A stretch of 64,000 nucleotides of DNA from Octopus vulgaris (lineage: Eukaryota): the NCBI GenBank assembly GCA_951406725.2, contig OX597833.1, positions 41,044,001 to 41,108,000 of the forward strand. Direction: 5' to 3'. Numbering within the stretch: position 1 is the first letter of the stretch; the number at the start of each line of letters is the position of its first letter. The notes under the pieces were generated by a model. The model did not search any database. It was not told where the DNA came from and saw nothing but the letters and a program-made list of their open reading frames with translations. Positions 44,815-57,739 of this stretch are shown here, one piece after another. The position numbers and the translations under genes are program-made.

Positions 44815-45506
44815 CATTCAAATTTTGTTTCATCAATTATTCTTCCTTATTTTGCATCAATCGCAGATGTAGCTGTGTGGTAAGAACTCTACTTCCATAC
44901 CACCCGGCTCCGGGTTTATCCCACTGCGTGGCACCTTCGGCAAGTGTCATCTACTACAGCCCTTCCTACCAAAGCTTTATGAATAGATTTCCTTGATGGA
45001 AAGTGAAAGAACTCCGCACTGTATATGTCTAAATGTGTGCGTCTTTCCGTTTGTGCTTGTCCCCTACCTTCGCTCGACAACCGCTGTTGGTTTGTTTACG
45101 TCCGCGTAACTTAGCGGTTCTGCAAAAGAGGCCGACAGTATGAATACCAGGGGTTTAAACATAAGTACTGGGAGCGATTTGTTCGACTAAACCCGCCAAG
45201 ACGGTACTCCAGCAGGGTCACAATCAAATTAGTTATGCAAGTACAAAACGATAAAAGATCAATTTTCCTACTCAATTTTTCTACAACAATTTTTTTTTTT
45301 TTTGTGCAATCTTTTTCATGTTTCCAGTCATTGGATGCGACCATGTTCAAGATTTGCCCTGAAATGTTTAGGCGATCACAAAGGTACCCGTATTCGTTTT
45401 TTAAAGCTTGGTGCTTATTCTACCGGGTTTACTGCCGAACCGCTAAATTACGGGGACGAAAACACACCAACATTGTCAAGGCGGTGGGACAAACACAGAC
45501 ACACAC

Positions 45507-45544
<38 letters not shown>

Positions 45545-45599
45545 GGCGGACTGTTGTAGAAGAGAAAACACTTGCCCAAGGTGCCACGCAGTCAAATAC

Positions 45600-46046
<447 letters not shown>

Positions 46047-46085
46047 TTATATATTACAACTCGTGTTCCACATCTCCTTTTTTAA

Positions 46086-46167
<82 letters not shown>

Positions 46168-46768
46168 CTGTGCGTGTGTGTATTCGATGAGCCTCTCTCA
46201 ATTTCCGTCTACCATATCCACTCATACGCATTTGATCAAACAGAGGCTGCAGTAGATGACATTTGCCCAACGGGTGCAACGTAGTGGAATGAACCCGGAA
46301 CTAATGTGATTGAGAACCAAATTTCTCAAAATAATTTTGCATAAAATTTTCCGACACTACTCTTTGTATATACTATTAGACTTTCTACATTAGATTTTCT
46401 AACATCAATTTTATTTACTTTATCTCCAAATTTATTGGTTTTTGCATTAATAAATTCATTGAATAACCATTCATAATAATCTACAATTTCGAATACATTA
46501 CCTACAAATTTCTATTTAAATTCCTGTACATGAATTATCGACATTAAAGTTTTCTATATTACATTTGTCGATATCAGCATTTCTCTACCCTATTTTTTCG
46601 AGAATAGATTGTGGACATTGAGTGGATCGAAAAGGTTGTAGACAAATTAGCATATTTGATAAAATTAGGATAATTTAATAAATCGTCAGGTACACGAAAA
46701 TCGGCGAAAAATCGAAACAACGGCGTACATATTCATTTTTAATGAGTTCTGGCAGATTCGAACGTGAA

Positions 46769-47055
46769 AAAATAACGGCACTCCGTTGGTTACGACGAGT
46801 GTTCTAGTTGATCCAATCGATGGAACAGCCTGCTCGTGGAATTAACGTGCAAGTGGCTGAGCACACCGACAGGCACGCTTACCCTCAACGTAGTTTTCAA
46901 AGTGATTCAGCATGATATAAGGTTGGATCTTTGAAAGATCGGTACTACTCATTTCCACCAGCTGAGTAGGCTGAGGCAACGTGATGCGGGTATTCGAACT
47001 CACAGCCTTAAGATCAGGAGCCGAATACGCTGACTACTAAACCATGCGCCTCTAC
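46769..47055 (-). mobile_element. SINE related to family C, with 12-bp TSD
   Basis: TSD TTCGAACGTGAA at 46757-46768 and 47056-47067; tail homologous to 61680-61800. Confidence 0.8.
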
Positions 47056-47703
47056 TTCGAACGTGAATATGCTAATCGCTGCTGTATTTCAACAACAGGT
47101 TCTCTTTTCAATGCGTGTTCACAACAAATTCGATTCATTGAGGTATGGGGACTTTGAAACACTGCGATGTTTCGAACTGACTGTGTCTCTTCAGTCAAAG
47201 ATATTTGGATCAATGAATCGAAACAAGAATTTTGACTCTTGCTTATAGAAATCAACAAACGAATTATTTACTGATGCGTACTGATGTCTGCCAGACCGAT
47301 AATAAATTGTGAGAGACACGAAACAGCGAAAATTCAAACAATGCCAAGCATATTCATTTTTAATTCATTCCGGCAGACTCGAACATAAATACGCTAATCG
47401 CGGTTGTAATTTGTCTACAGAGAACAACTTCACCTTTTAGACAATGAATTCATAATACTCATTTCTTTGAGCTAAGGGGACTGTAAGATAATTAAAAAAA
47501 TTTTAAACTTATTCGACACCGAGGTGAGGAAAGAAGAATTATATTCAGTAGCGGCCATAATATAAGGGTGAGTAAGAACAAGCGTATTGAAATATTTATT
47601 ATAGAAGATTAACAAAACGTTGAGACTAGATATTTTACATATATTTAGATATATCTAATATCTATCTTTCGTGAAAATCTCAAGTGAATGGAATAAGTAT
47701 TTA

Positions 47704-49319
47704 GTAAGTTATGAGGAAATAAACAAATAAGCTACCAAACTGCAAAGGCCAAAAGTTAAAGGTCACTTAGAAAAACAATGAAACATGAAACAAGAAGAAA
47801 AAAAGAAACCCTTACTATTAATATTTTGTGAACATCCCTTTGCTATCAATGACCTCCTGACATCTGTTACCACAGGACTGAATTAATTTCTTGCACAATG
47901 ATGCATTTAATATCGTATAATTAAATCCGAAAATACTGATCTTAAGAAATTTAACGTAGAAAAGGCGGCGAGCTGGCAGAATCGTTAGCACGCCGGGCGA
48001 AATGCTGAGCGGTATTTCGTCTGCCGCTATGGTTCTGAGTTCAAATTCCGCCGAGGTCGACTTTGCCTTTCATCCTTTCGGGGTCGATTAAATAAGTACC
48101 AGTTACGCACTGGGGTCGATATAATCGACTTAATCCGTTTGTCTGTCCTTGTTTGTCCCTTCTGTGTTTAGCCCCTTGTGGGTAGTAAAGAAATAGGTAG
48201 AAGGCGGCAAGCTGGCAGAAACGTTAGCACGCCGGACGAAATGTTCCATTCGTTTTTCAACAATTCCCAGAGCTCATCTTGGTTCTTTGGATTTTTCCTT
48301 CGCGCCCCATCTCCAATGATCTTCCAAACGTTTTCTATAGGGTTGAGATTGGGACTTTGAGGTGGCCAGTCAATGAGATCAACCCCTTCATCACTCAAAA
48401 ATCTTTAACTCTTCGCAGTGTAACAGGGAGCGTTGTCCTGCACAAAGATAGGAGGTTGAACTGGCGAGGATCTGAGTTGTTGAAGGGCATGCTGTCTAAG
48501 AATCTGCTTGTCGATTTCAGCATTGACAGTCCCTTGTTGGCGAATAAGTGGACCAGGACCAGCAGCGGAGATCACTCCCCATACCATTACACTGCCTCCT
48601 CCATATTTCATTGTCTTATCCACACATGCACGAGATAACCTTTCGCCACTTCTTCGTCGGACATACATCCTACCATCGGAACCAATCACATTAAACTTCG
48701 ATTCATCGCTAAAATGAGCCTGCGACCACTGTTCTTCAGTCCAAATGACACGTTCGTGAGCGAAACAAAGCTGGGCTCTTGGATTCTTCTTGGAGATCAG
48801 AGGTTTCTATGCCGGTGTTCGAGCAAGCAACCCAGAACCTCGTAAACTCCGAGAAACTGTTTTGTGCGATACGTTGACATCGGAAGTGGAGCTAAACTCG
48901 CTTGATATCTCGACAACACTCTTAGACCTATCCTTCAGTGACATTCTAACCATAATACGATCCTGTCTTGGTGAAGTTTTACGATGTCTACCGGTTTAGA
49001 GTTTAGCATCTGTCGATCCTGAAAACTTAAAATGAGCTACAATTCGTTGCACAACACTTCTAGACCTTCCTACAATAGTTGCTATCAGAGAATTTGACTT
49101 GCCCTCTTGGTGCATCACAGGACACCGGCCGTCTCTCACAAGTCGCCATGTTGACAGTTGAATGTTCCAATGATGTAAGATCATAAGAAGTAACTGTTAG
49201 CCCATCAACAGTCTTCTAAATAACAAATACCTTGGTTAGTAGTTCATTTTTTCTAAGTGACCCATAACTTTCGGCTGTTGCAATTTAGAAGATTGTTTGT
49301 TTATTTCCTCATAACTTAC
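47704..49319 (-). mobile_element. Tc1-family (DD34E) transposon, disrupted, with long inverted-repeat remnants
   Basis: Minus-strand motifs HFSDESKFNVIGSDG, GGGSVMVWG, QDNAPC and WPPQSPNLNPIENVW spread over several frames. 47704-47785 is a diverged inverted copy of 49240-49319. Confidence 0.9.
47963..48245 (+). mobile_element. SINE family B plus a second head, nested in the Tc1
   Basis: AGGCGGCGAGCTGGCAGAATCGTTAGC...GAGTTCAAATTCC (A/B boxes); many partial copies elsewhere (15.3, 17.6, 33.3, 38.6, 42.4, 51.7, 57.3 kb). Confidence 0.88.
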
Positions 49320-49762
49320 AAAGATTTGGTCGGCCCAAGGCTTTAGTAGAAGGCACTTGCTCAAGGTGCCACGCAGTGAGACTGAACCCAGGACCATGTG
49401 GTAGGAAATCGAGCTTCTTACCACACATCCACGTCTGTGCCTACATATATATTATGTATGCATACATAGATACATACATACACACACGCACTCACACACA
49501 AATACACACACACACGTTCGAATGGACCCTAGCAACAGTATATAAACAATCAATAATTTCTTCATCAACCGAAATAGCTTTAGCATAGCTTTCGTTGTCT
49601 AACTAGAAAAAATACCTTTGACAACCCATTTTTTGCCTCCCCACTCTATGAACTTCTACTTTCTTCTCCATCTCCTTTATCTCCCACTTTATCTCCTTTA
49701 TTCTATCCTCCTTCCTCCCTACAACCCCTGTTCTCTATCAACCTAATTATGTCTTCCATAAA

Positions 49763-50164
49763 GAGTGGCTGTGTGGTAAGTAGCTTGCTTACCAACCACA
49801 TGGTTCTGGGTTCAGTCCCACTGCGTGGCACTTTGGGCAAGTGTCTTCTACTATAGCCTCGGGCCAACCAAAGCCTTGTGAGTGGATTTAGTAGACGGAA
49901 ACTGAAAGAAACCCGTCGTATATATGTGTATATATATATATGTATGCGTGTATGTTTATGTTTGTGTGTTTGTCCCCCCAACATCGCTTGACAACCGATG
50001 CTGGTATGTTTACGTCCCCGTAACTTAGCAGTTCGGCAAAAGACACCGATAGAATAAGTACTAGGCTTACAAAGAATAAATCCTGGGTTCGTTTCCCTCT
50101 ACTAAAGGCGGTGCTCCAGCATGGCCACAGTCACATGACTGAAACAAGTAAAAGAGTAAAGAGT
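49763..50164 (+). mobile_element. SINE family A
   Basis: TGGCTGTGTGGTAAG (A box)...GGTTCAGTCCC (B box); (GTAAAAGA)n tail. Confidence 0.9.
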
Positions 50165-50230
50165 TCCGATGACGGATACACGGCCGAAACTTCGAATTAA
50201 CTATTAATTTCTCCTTATAAAATAATACAT

Positions 50231-50267
<37 letters not shown>

Positions 50268-50786
50268 ACCACCACCACCACCACCATCACCACCTCTATC
50301 GCTAAAATAGAAGTCAAAAATACTTCTATGTCACGGAATAGTCACAGAATTAATACAGGCATGATAGGAAAAAATTTCAGTGAACAATAATATCGTCTTA
50401 CCCCTGCTAGGTCAGTAAAAGTAATGTTGGTTAATTTGGTATCATGATTTCGAATTTAGCGCCAAACGGTACCTGATTCTCTTCAGCCAACGACTACTAG
50501 AATTTTACTCCACCATGCCTGCAAATTCGTTTGTCGTCAAACACCACTTAAACAAACGAAATGCGCGAAATTATTTATAAATAAATATGAGAGCGATAAT
50601 ACTATTAAAAATACCACCGCTAATGGCAGCGGCTACAAGCCGTACAGGCAAAATTATATATATATATTTATATATATATATATATATAGTTAATCCAAAC
50701 ATGAAAACACAAAGAGAAAACACAACGTGAGGACGTGGAACAAGTATAGTATTATTGGACGCTCAGGAAAGAAGGAAAGAAGGAGG

Positions 50787-50821
50787 GCTTAACGTTTCGA
50801 GAGGAACTCTTCGTCAGAAAC
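50787..50821 (-). ncRNA. Minimal hammerhead motif with canonical core, in a (TA)n-anchored insert (about 50688-50900)
   Basis: GUUU-CUGACGA-AGAG-UUCCU-CUC-GAAAC-GUU-AAGC; stem I GUUU/AAGC; loopless palindromic stem III AACGUU. Confidence 0.72.
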
Positions 50822-52994
50822 ATAGGAAAATGAGAGATCCAAAGAAGGGAAGACGGAGAAAAAGAAAATCGCCAACGGTACACACGCGGTCACATTTTGA
50901 ATGACCGGAAGGGAATGGGTGAAGAAAAAGTTCTTTCAAAAACAGGAGAGTGCAAGATGAGGTATGTGTGTGTAAGTGTGGATATGTGCGTCGGAACAAG
51001 ACCACACTTCGGTTTTTGCCGGCGTTTGAAAATTTTAGGCTCGTGTTTACTATAATGTGTGAACATCTGAAGAATGCCACATATGGAAGAATTAGCCCTT
51101 CAAATTTAACGACATTAGCAACATTCTGTCCAAGTGCAACTAAGTCTTCCTTTTAATTTTTCCTAACTTCTCCAATCAGAATTCTCCGATTCCATCAACA
51201 AGGGTGAATTATTTAAATTCAAATTTCAACTTCAACTGGAACATCTTTAAATTTCCACCTCTTACCTTGTATTTTTCCAGGTTCAATTAATTAAAAATAG
51301 TAATACCAGTGCGCCTGCATTTTCCTGCTAATCCACTCTTTTCACAGACGACAAATAACCATCATTGAGACAAAAATCAAAAAATATAAAAACTACAAGA
51401 ATTATTTTTCAAAAACATTAAACTACAGCAAAAAAAAGATATCACTTTTATAACGAGTAAAAAATAAATTGCAAACTAGGAAGCCCCCAAAATTTTTGTT
51501 TACTTTTCGAAATGAGTTATCAATTTGTAATTACTTTTACAGGTATCTTATTTTCTATGATGCTACTTTCACAAGTTAACTAAATAATGCTGTTGAGAAA
51601 TAATCTTGTTGAAAAATCTATAATAATAGTTTCAAGTTTTGGAACAAGGTCAGCGATTTGAGGGAGAGGAAAGTCGATTATATGGACCACAATGCTCAAA
51701 TGGTACTTATTTTATCGACCACGAAAGAGTGAAAGACAAAGTCGAATTCGACGGAATTTTAACTCGGAACATAAAGACAGACAAAATGTCAACAAGCATT
51801 TTGCCCGGTGTACTAATGATTCTGCCACCTCGCCGCCTTTGAGAAATCTATAATAACGACGTTTAATAACCTTTTCTAAGCGTTTATGAGGGATATCCAA
51901 AATTATTTTTGCAATTTCTAGACTTGGATTTTTTTTTCAATTCTGTGCTTTTTTTTTAAAATTTCAATTACGCCCCTAACGTGAAAGATCTTTAAAAATA
52001 TGCCTTATATAGTTAAACTTGCTCCTAAAACTACAATCTTTAGGGGTACCTAAAAGTTACACTAAAATCTTCTTCCTGCATATAATTTATTAAATAATTT
52101 ATTAAATACATATATTTTCAAAATATTGGAAAACGAGAATTTTTTTTTAATCCTATCCAACGCTACCTTCAAAATACAGATACTATACAGGGTCTAGGTG
52201 GAACCAAACTGAAACTTGTAGTGATCCAAAATAAGTCAAAATTTGGGACCAGGACAACGCTGCCTCACTTCTCTGCACTTTTCACTTGAGTTTATTAACT
52301 AAACGTTTAATGCCACTAAGTTTATTTGAGAACACATACGAATTTGCGCAATAAATATTCTTCTGCTTCAAAGTTTTCTATTTGGTTTGCAAAAATAGAT
52401 TCTTTTCATTGAAACCTTCCACATAAACATTACTACGCTGTTTATATTTGTTGTTGATTTTTCTTAATTTATTGAAGTTATTCCGGTTTAAAAACTAATT
52501 TGGGCCTTAGTTAAATTTGCCCACATTCTATCCCATAAGATTTTCCTACTGCACCAATTTTGAGGAGGCTTACAAAATTCGATTTCTCTCCCTGAGTCCT
52601 TTTATTTATGTGTAGGCTGTCTGCAAGTGCGAGCCCCATGAGTTAGAGTCACTGTTCCAGCGTATCTCCCTCGCCATCTTCCGAAGCAATTTCTTTTCTA
52701 TTTTGACTGCTGGGACAATGAGACAATGTAAACTCATTCTATATATGTATGACGACGTTAATCGCGCAATAATAGAAGGAAATAGGTTTTGAAGATTCAT
52801 TACATATAATGAAAACTGATACACGTACACCCACATACGCGCACACACAAATGTACAACCATGATTAAACCTTTGTCTACCCAAAGCATTTTCGTAAGTT
52901 TGTACTAAACGTCTGTACTTGTTTACAGACTTTTAGTTAGATCTTGTTTCATATGTTCAAAGTAATATTCCAAGTATAACAATAAATGATAGAC

Positions 52995-53280
52995 GTCGCC
53001 CTTTTCAAGCCCGGTTCCCCGGTTTCTGTGGTGTGAGTGTTCCCCCCAGCTGGACGGGACGCCAGTCCATCGCAGCGTTACTCAAGAAACAGGAAGAGGG
53101 AGTGAGAGAAAGTTGTGGCGAATGAGTACAACAGGGGTCACCACTACCCCCTGCCAGAGCCTCCCGGAGCTCTTTAGGTGTTTTCGCTTAATAAATACAC
53201 ACAACGCCCGGTTTGGGAATCGAAACCGCGATCCTCCGACCACGAGTCCGCTGCCCTAACCACTGGACCATTGCGCCTCC
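52995..53280 (-). mobile_element. SINE family C with V-domain-like segment
   Basis: Family C head; minus strand contains CTGCGATGGACTGGCGTCCCGTCCAG. Confidence 0.82.
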
Positions 53281-54146
53281 ATCCCAAGTATCAGTGGTGG
53301 TTTTAAAAAAATTGTCCAGATTGTATAATGCAGCCATTTTTTCTTGCAAAGACGAAACAAACAGGATAGCCACGTTTGAAAAGCTTTTGGTCATGCGTCT
53401 ATTCGATCGTGACTGACCCGGAGCCGAATACCAACAACAATCTTATACTCACAGTACAACTCATATACGCACATACGCATTCTAACACAGACATATGCAT
53501 ACAGTTACTCAACACCACACACATATAATGCATTCATATGCACGCACAACACAGATACATACATTCACATACATACGCACTCGCATATACACTCCTTATA
53601 ACAAACATACACACATTCGAATATAGATGCGCAAGCAATAGCTGAGTTATGAACCATTCGTCCAAGCATGGTTGCAGACCGAGCTCGGATCTGTTGTGAC
53701 TTCTTGCTGTTGAACTCTGAGCTAACACGAACCCATTATATCTATGATCAAAGCTGTTCTAACGGTGACTTTTTGCATATCGGGAACATCATTGTGCGAT
53801 GTATACTTCTGTATTTAAGGTATGGTTTTTAGGGAAGCTTGGCTGATATTTCTTAACTATGTTCAATGAACCCGCAGAAGATCTTTCGATGGCTGGAAGA
53901 CTTACGTATTGTAACATGTAACTAATTTGTACACGTTGTACAAATAAACATTATATTGTATAAATCAGGCGCCTCAATCAGTCAACGTCTTTGATTTCTG
54001 TCATACGAGTATCTCATCAAATACGGACTCGTTCTTATTGGATCTTGCAAACACTCCCAGAGACCCCATATTCTCCATGATGGTTTAATCACAAATTGAT
54101 TTGACTTGCTTTTCAGAAAATAAGTATCATAGTAGCTCTGAAAACA

Positions 54147-54553
54147 TACTCTTTTACTCTTTTACTTGTTTCAGTCATTTGACTGCGGCCATGCTGGAGC
54201 ACCGCCTTTAATCGAGCAACTCGACCCCGGGACTTATTCCTTTTGTAAGCCTAGTACTTATTCTATCGGTCTCTTTTGCCGAACTGCTAAGTAACGGGGA
54301 CATAAACATACCAGCATCGGTTGTCAAGCAATACTAGGGGGACAAACACAGACACACAAACATATACACACACATATATATACATATATACGACAGGCTT
54401 CTTTCAGTTTCCGTCTACCAAATCCACTCACAAGGCATTGGTCGGCCCGGGGCTATAGCAGAAGACACTTGCCCAAGTTGCCACACAGTGGGACTGAACC
54501 CGGAACCATGTGGTTGGTAAGCAAGCTACTTACCACACAGCCACTCCTGCGCC
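54147..54553 (-). mobile_element. SINE family A, full length
   Basis: tRNA-like head GGCGCAGGAGTGGCTGTGTGGTAAG...GGTTCAGTCCC, internal (TA)/(TG) tract, (GTAAAAGA)n tail. Confidence 0.92.
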
Positions 54554-56370
54554 TATGAATATTTCGTAGTTGGAAGTTCAACCTTTTCTAGATTATTGTT
54601 TTGTACATCAGGATTGATATCTGGCTGGTAGATCCTTGAAAACATTTCCATCGATATATTCTCCAAGACTTTCTAACAATTGCTTAAAACAGAGTTTTTC
54701 TCACATCTTGAATTGACTATACACAGAAGCATCGTCACATATATAAAAAGAATTCAGTTATTCCGCTACACCAAAACTTCGTTAATGATCACTTTCTTTA
54801 TTTTCTGTGTGTTTTATACATATGATATTGAAACGTGAAACTATTATGTGTTTCGTATGTAAATAGATGAATCCCGTATTTTGCATATGATAATTGAATA
54901 AATGGATGTGTAACGTATTTTCTAATGTTTTAGTGATAGGTGCAACCGAACTGAGATTACTTAGAAAATAAAGTATACTTGTGCTTCATTCTTCACATGA
55001 CCACAACGATTGAAGCGTTGACCGTGTTCGACTTGAAAAAGGAGTCTCACTGGTTGTTCGTAATCCGGGCTCTCAGTGGATCAGCCAAATCACGTGATGA
55101 TAAAACGACTTCTGCTATTCAGAATGTTGAAAGAAGCAGGGGACATAACTCTGCTGATGTTAACATCTGTTAATAGGGGAGTTAACTCGTTGATTCTCCT
55201 TGGAAATACTAGACTATCATTCAGTGTTCATATTGGTGGTTCATACCTTGTAACTGACTCTATACTGTGCCTGCGAATCGAAAGATTTAACTTTCAAAGG
55301 TGTATGCATGCATGTGTGTGTGTGTGCGCGCGTGTGTGTCTATATGCGAACACATACACAAACCGTGCATTGCAAAACGTTCCCTCTCATCAGTTATCAA
55401 TTAACGGTCACAATAATTTTACATCCCCCGGCAGTATTACTTCTTGCTATCGTACAAAAACCATCGATACAACCAGGGTTTTTCGAATTTTTCAACTCAC
55501 ATCATAGCCAGGTTTTCTCCCTCCTTTCAACCACGCGGTTACTTTTCCAATCCAGAGATCGTTGCTATCATTTAACGACTACTTTATTTCAATGATTGCT
55601 GAAGATTTGCTCTTCGCTGTTTGCTTAAGTGGCATTCCTATGCCACTAACAGGAATCATTCTCAGTTACCCTCTGCAATTCGGCAAAATTTCTTGTTATC
55701 CTGTCTATATTAAATGCCAATTGGATAGAACAGATTGGACCTAACTACAAACCCACACTATCTTGTCTTAAAAAAAAATTTCGCGCTGCAAATTTGTACA
55801 ACTTGATTGATACGCAGGAAATGCTTCGCCACTTCACTTTCCAGATATATGTAGTATTTAAAGGATTATAATATTGCTAGTTATACACCGATTAGTGTTT
55901 CGCATAACACTTATCACCATCATGAATGGCTTTAGAAGTATTTAGAAGAAGTATTTAGCAATTCTAAACAAAAATTCAGAATTGGTGAATTCTTGCAAAC
56001 ATTTCCATCGATATTTTTCAAGAATTCTAAATAACATTTACTTAAAATGGTTCATTTCTCAGATCTTGGATTGAGCTTACTCATAAACATCATCACGTAC
56101 TTTTATAAAAACATTCAATTATTCCCCAACACTAAATTTCCATTAATAATAATTCGCTCTCTTTATTTTTGTGTGTTTTATACACATGATACTGAAACAT
56201 CGAAATATCACGCAACCAATTAGATCTTAATGATTAATCATATTTCGATGTATTTGCAAATATTTTTGCTTATATATTATCACGCAGCCTTTTTCTTCAA
56301 TTGTTTGAATAATCAACGAGAAACTCTAGATAACAAAATCTAAGAAGCTTAGCTTTAAATAATAATAATA

Positions 56371-56423
<53 letters not shown>

Positions 56424-57265
56424 ACAAATACCTTCGTTTATTACACATTTTTGTTGTTTCATACATTGTTATTTTAAAATCTAAGTTGCGTTTTTATCCC
56501 CTTCTCAACTTCTCTCTTTCGTTCTGAATATATTTCCTTATATTCTAACTCCACCACCACCACCACCACCATCACCATCATCATTATTGTTATGTTTCCT
56601 CTACCAGCCCCACCAGTACCTGTTCCACCTCTGTCTCTGATTATCTATTTCCTGCTACACCAAAGCACATGTGAGGAAAACGAAAAACATGAGAAATACC
56701 ACACACTTTAAGTGATAAATGCATCTGGGCTGAGTTTTTTTCGTTTTATTTAGTTTGGATTTTGCGTAAAAAAAAAAGAAGAAAAAAGATAAGTAGACTT
56801 CTTCATTTATTTTCAACATCTATAGCGACACACGCAACATATGACACCGCTACAAATTCAGCAGCGGTGCTGAGGCAGAAACTGTCCCGCGGGGAATTTT
56901 TTCAATATAAGACGAAATCTTCCTTCAATAACACAAATTCCAATTTATCTCAAATTTTCTTCTCATCTTGGAGTCCAGTGTTTACTCTTTTGTTTCATTT
57001 TGTATTCACATATTGTTATTGTTGTTGCTGCTGTTGTTGTTGTTGTTGTTTTTGTTATTGTTGTTGCTGTTGCTGTTGTTCGAAGTAGCGGTGGCGGAGA
57101 GGGGGGTGATGACATAATCTTACTGGAGTTTCTGTTTCTTTCTTAAACTTTCATTTCTCTTTTCCACTTCATTATCAGTAAGTCCTTGTTCCTTTAAAAA
57201 AATACAAGGGTTTGATGGAGGGTTTCGCAAGTCTATTGGTATACGAAAAGTGCTGTTGTGCGTAG

Positions 57266-57301
<36 letters not shown>

Positions 57302-57739
57302 AAGCCTGCTAGCTGGCAGAATCGTTAGCACACCGGGCAAAATGCGTAGTGGCATTTCCTCCGACGTTACGTTCTGAGTTCAAAATTCGCCGCGGTCGAC
57401 TTTGCCGTTCATCTTTCCGGGGTCGATAAAATAAGTACCAGTTGAGCACTGGGATTGATAGAATCGACTTCTCCCCTTCCCCGAACATGCAGGCCTTGGG
57501 CCAAAATTTAAAATCAACATTATTACTTTCTAAGAATGCCCCTCTAGAAGTGAAGACGGCACTTGTCCTTAACTTCAGGGTGATCGTGGTTTTTTGTGGG
57601 GTTTCCACGAGGAACCCTTGAAAGTCTCCTTTTTTGGAGATTTATTTGTTATAATTTTTATTGTTATTTATTTTTTACACTATTTAATCCCACTCTATAT
57701 GTATTGTACCGTCCCCAATCTTTTACATGAACCCTCGGG

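Noticed and set aside
56855-56895. RE1/NRSE-like half sites (TCAGCACC, GGACAG) on the minus strand
   Set aside because: The half sites are in the wrong order and spacing, and REST is not expected in this lineage.
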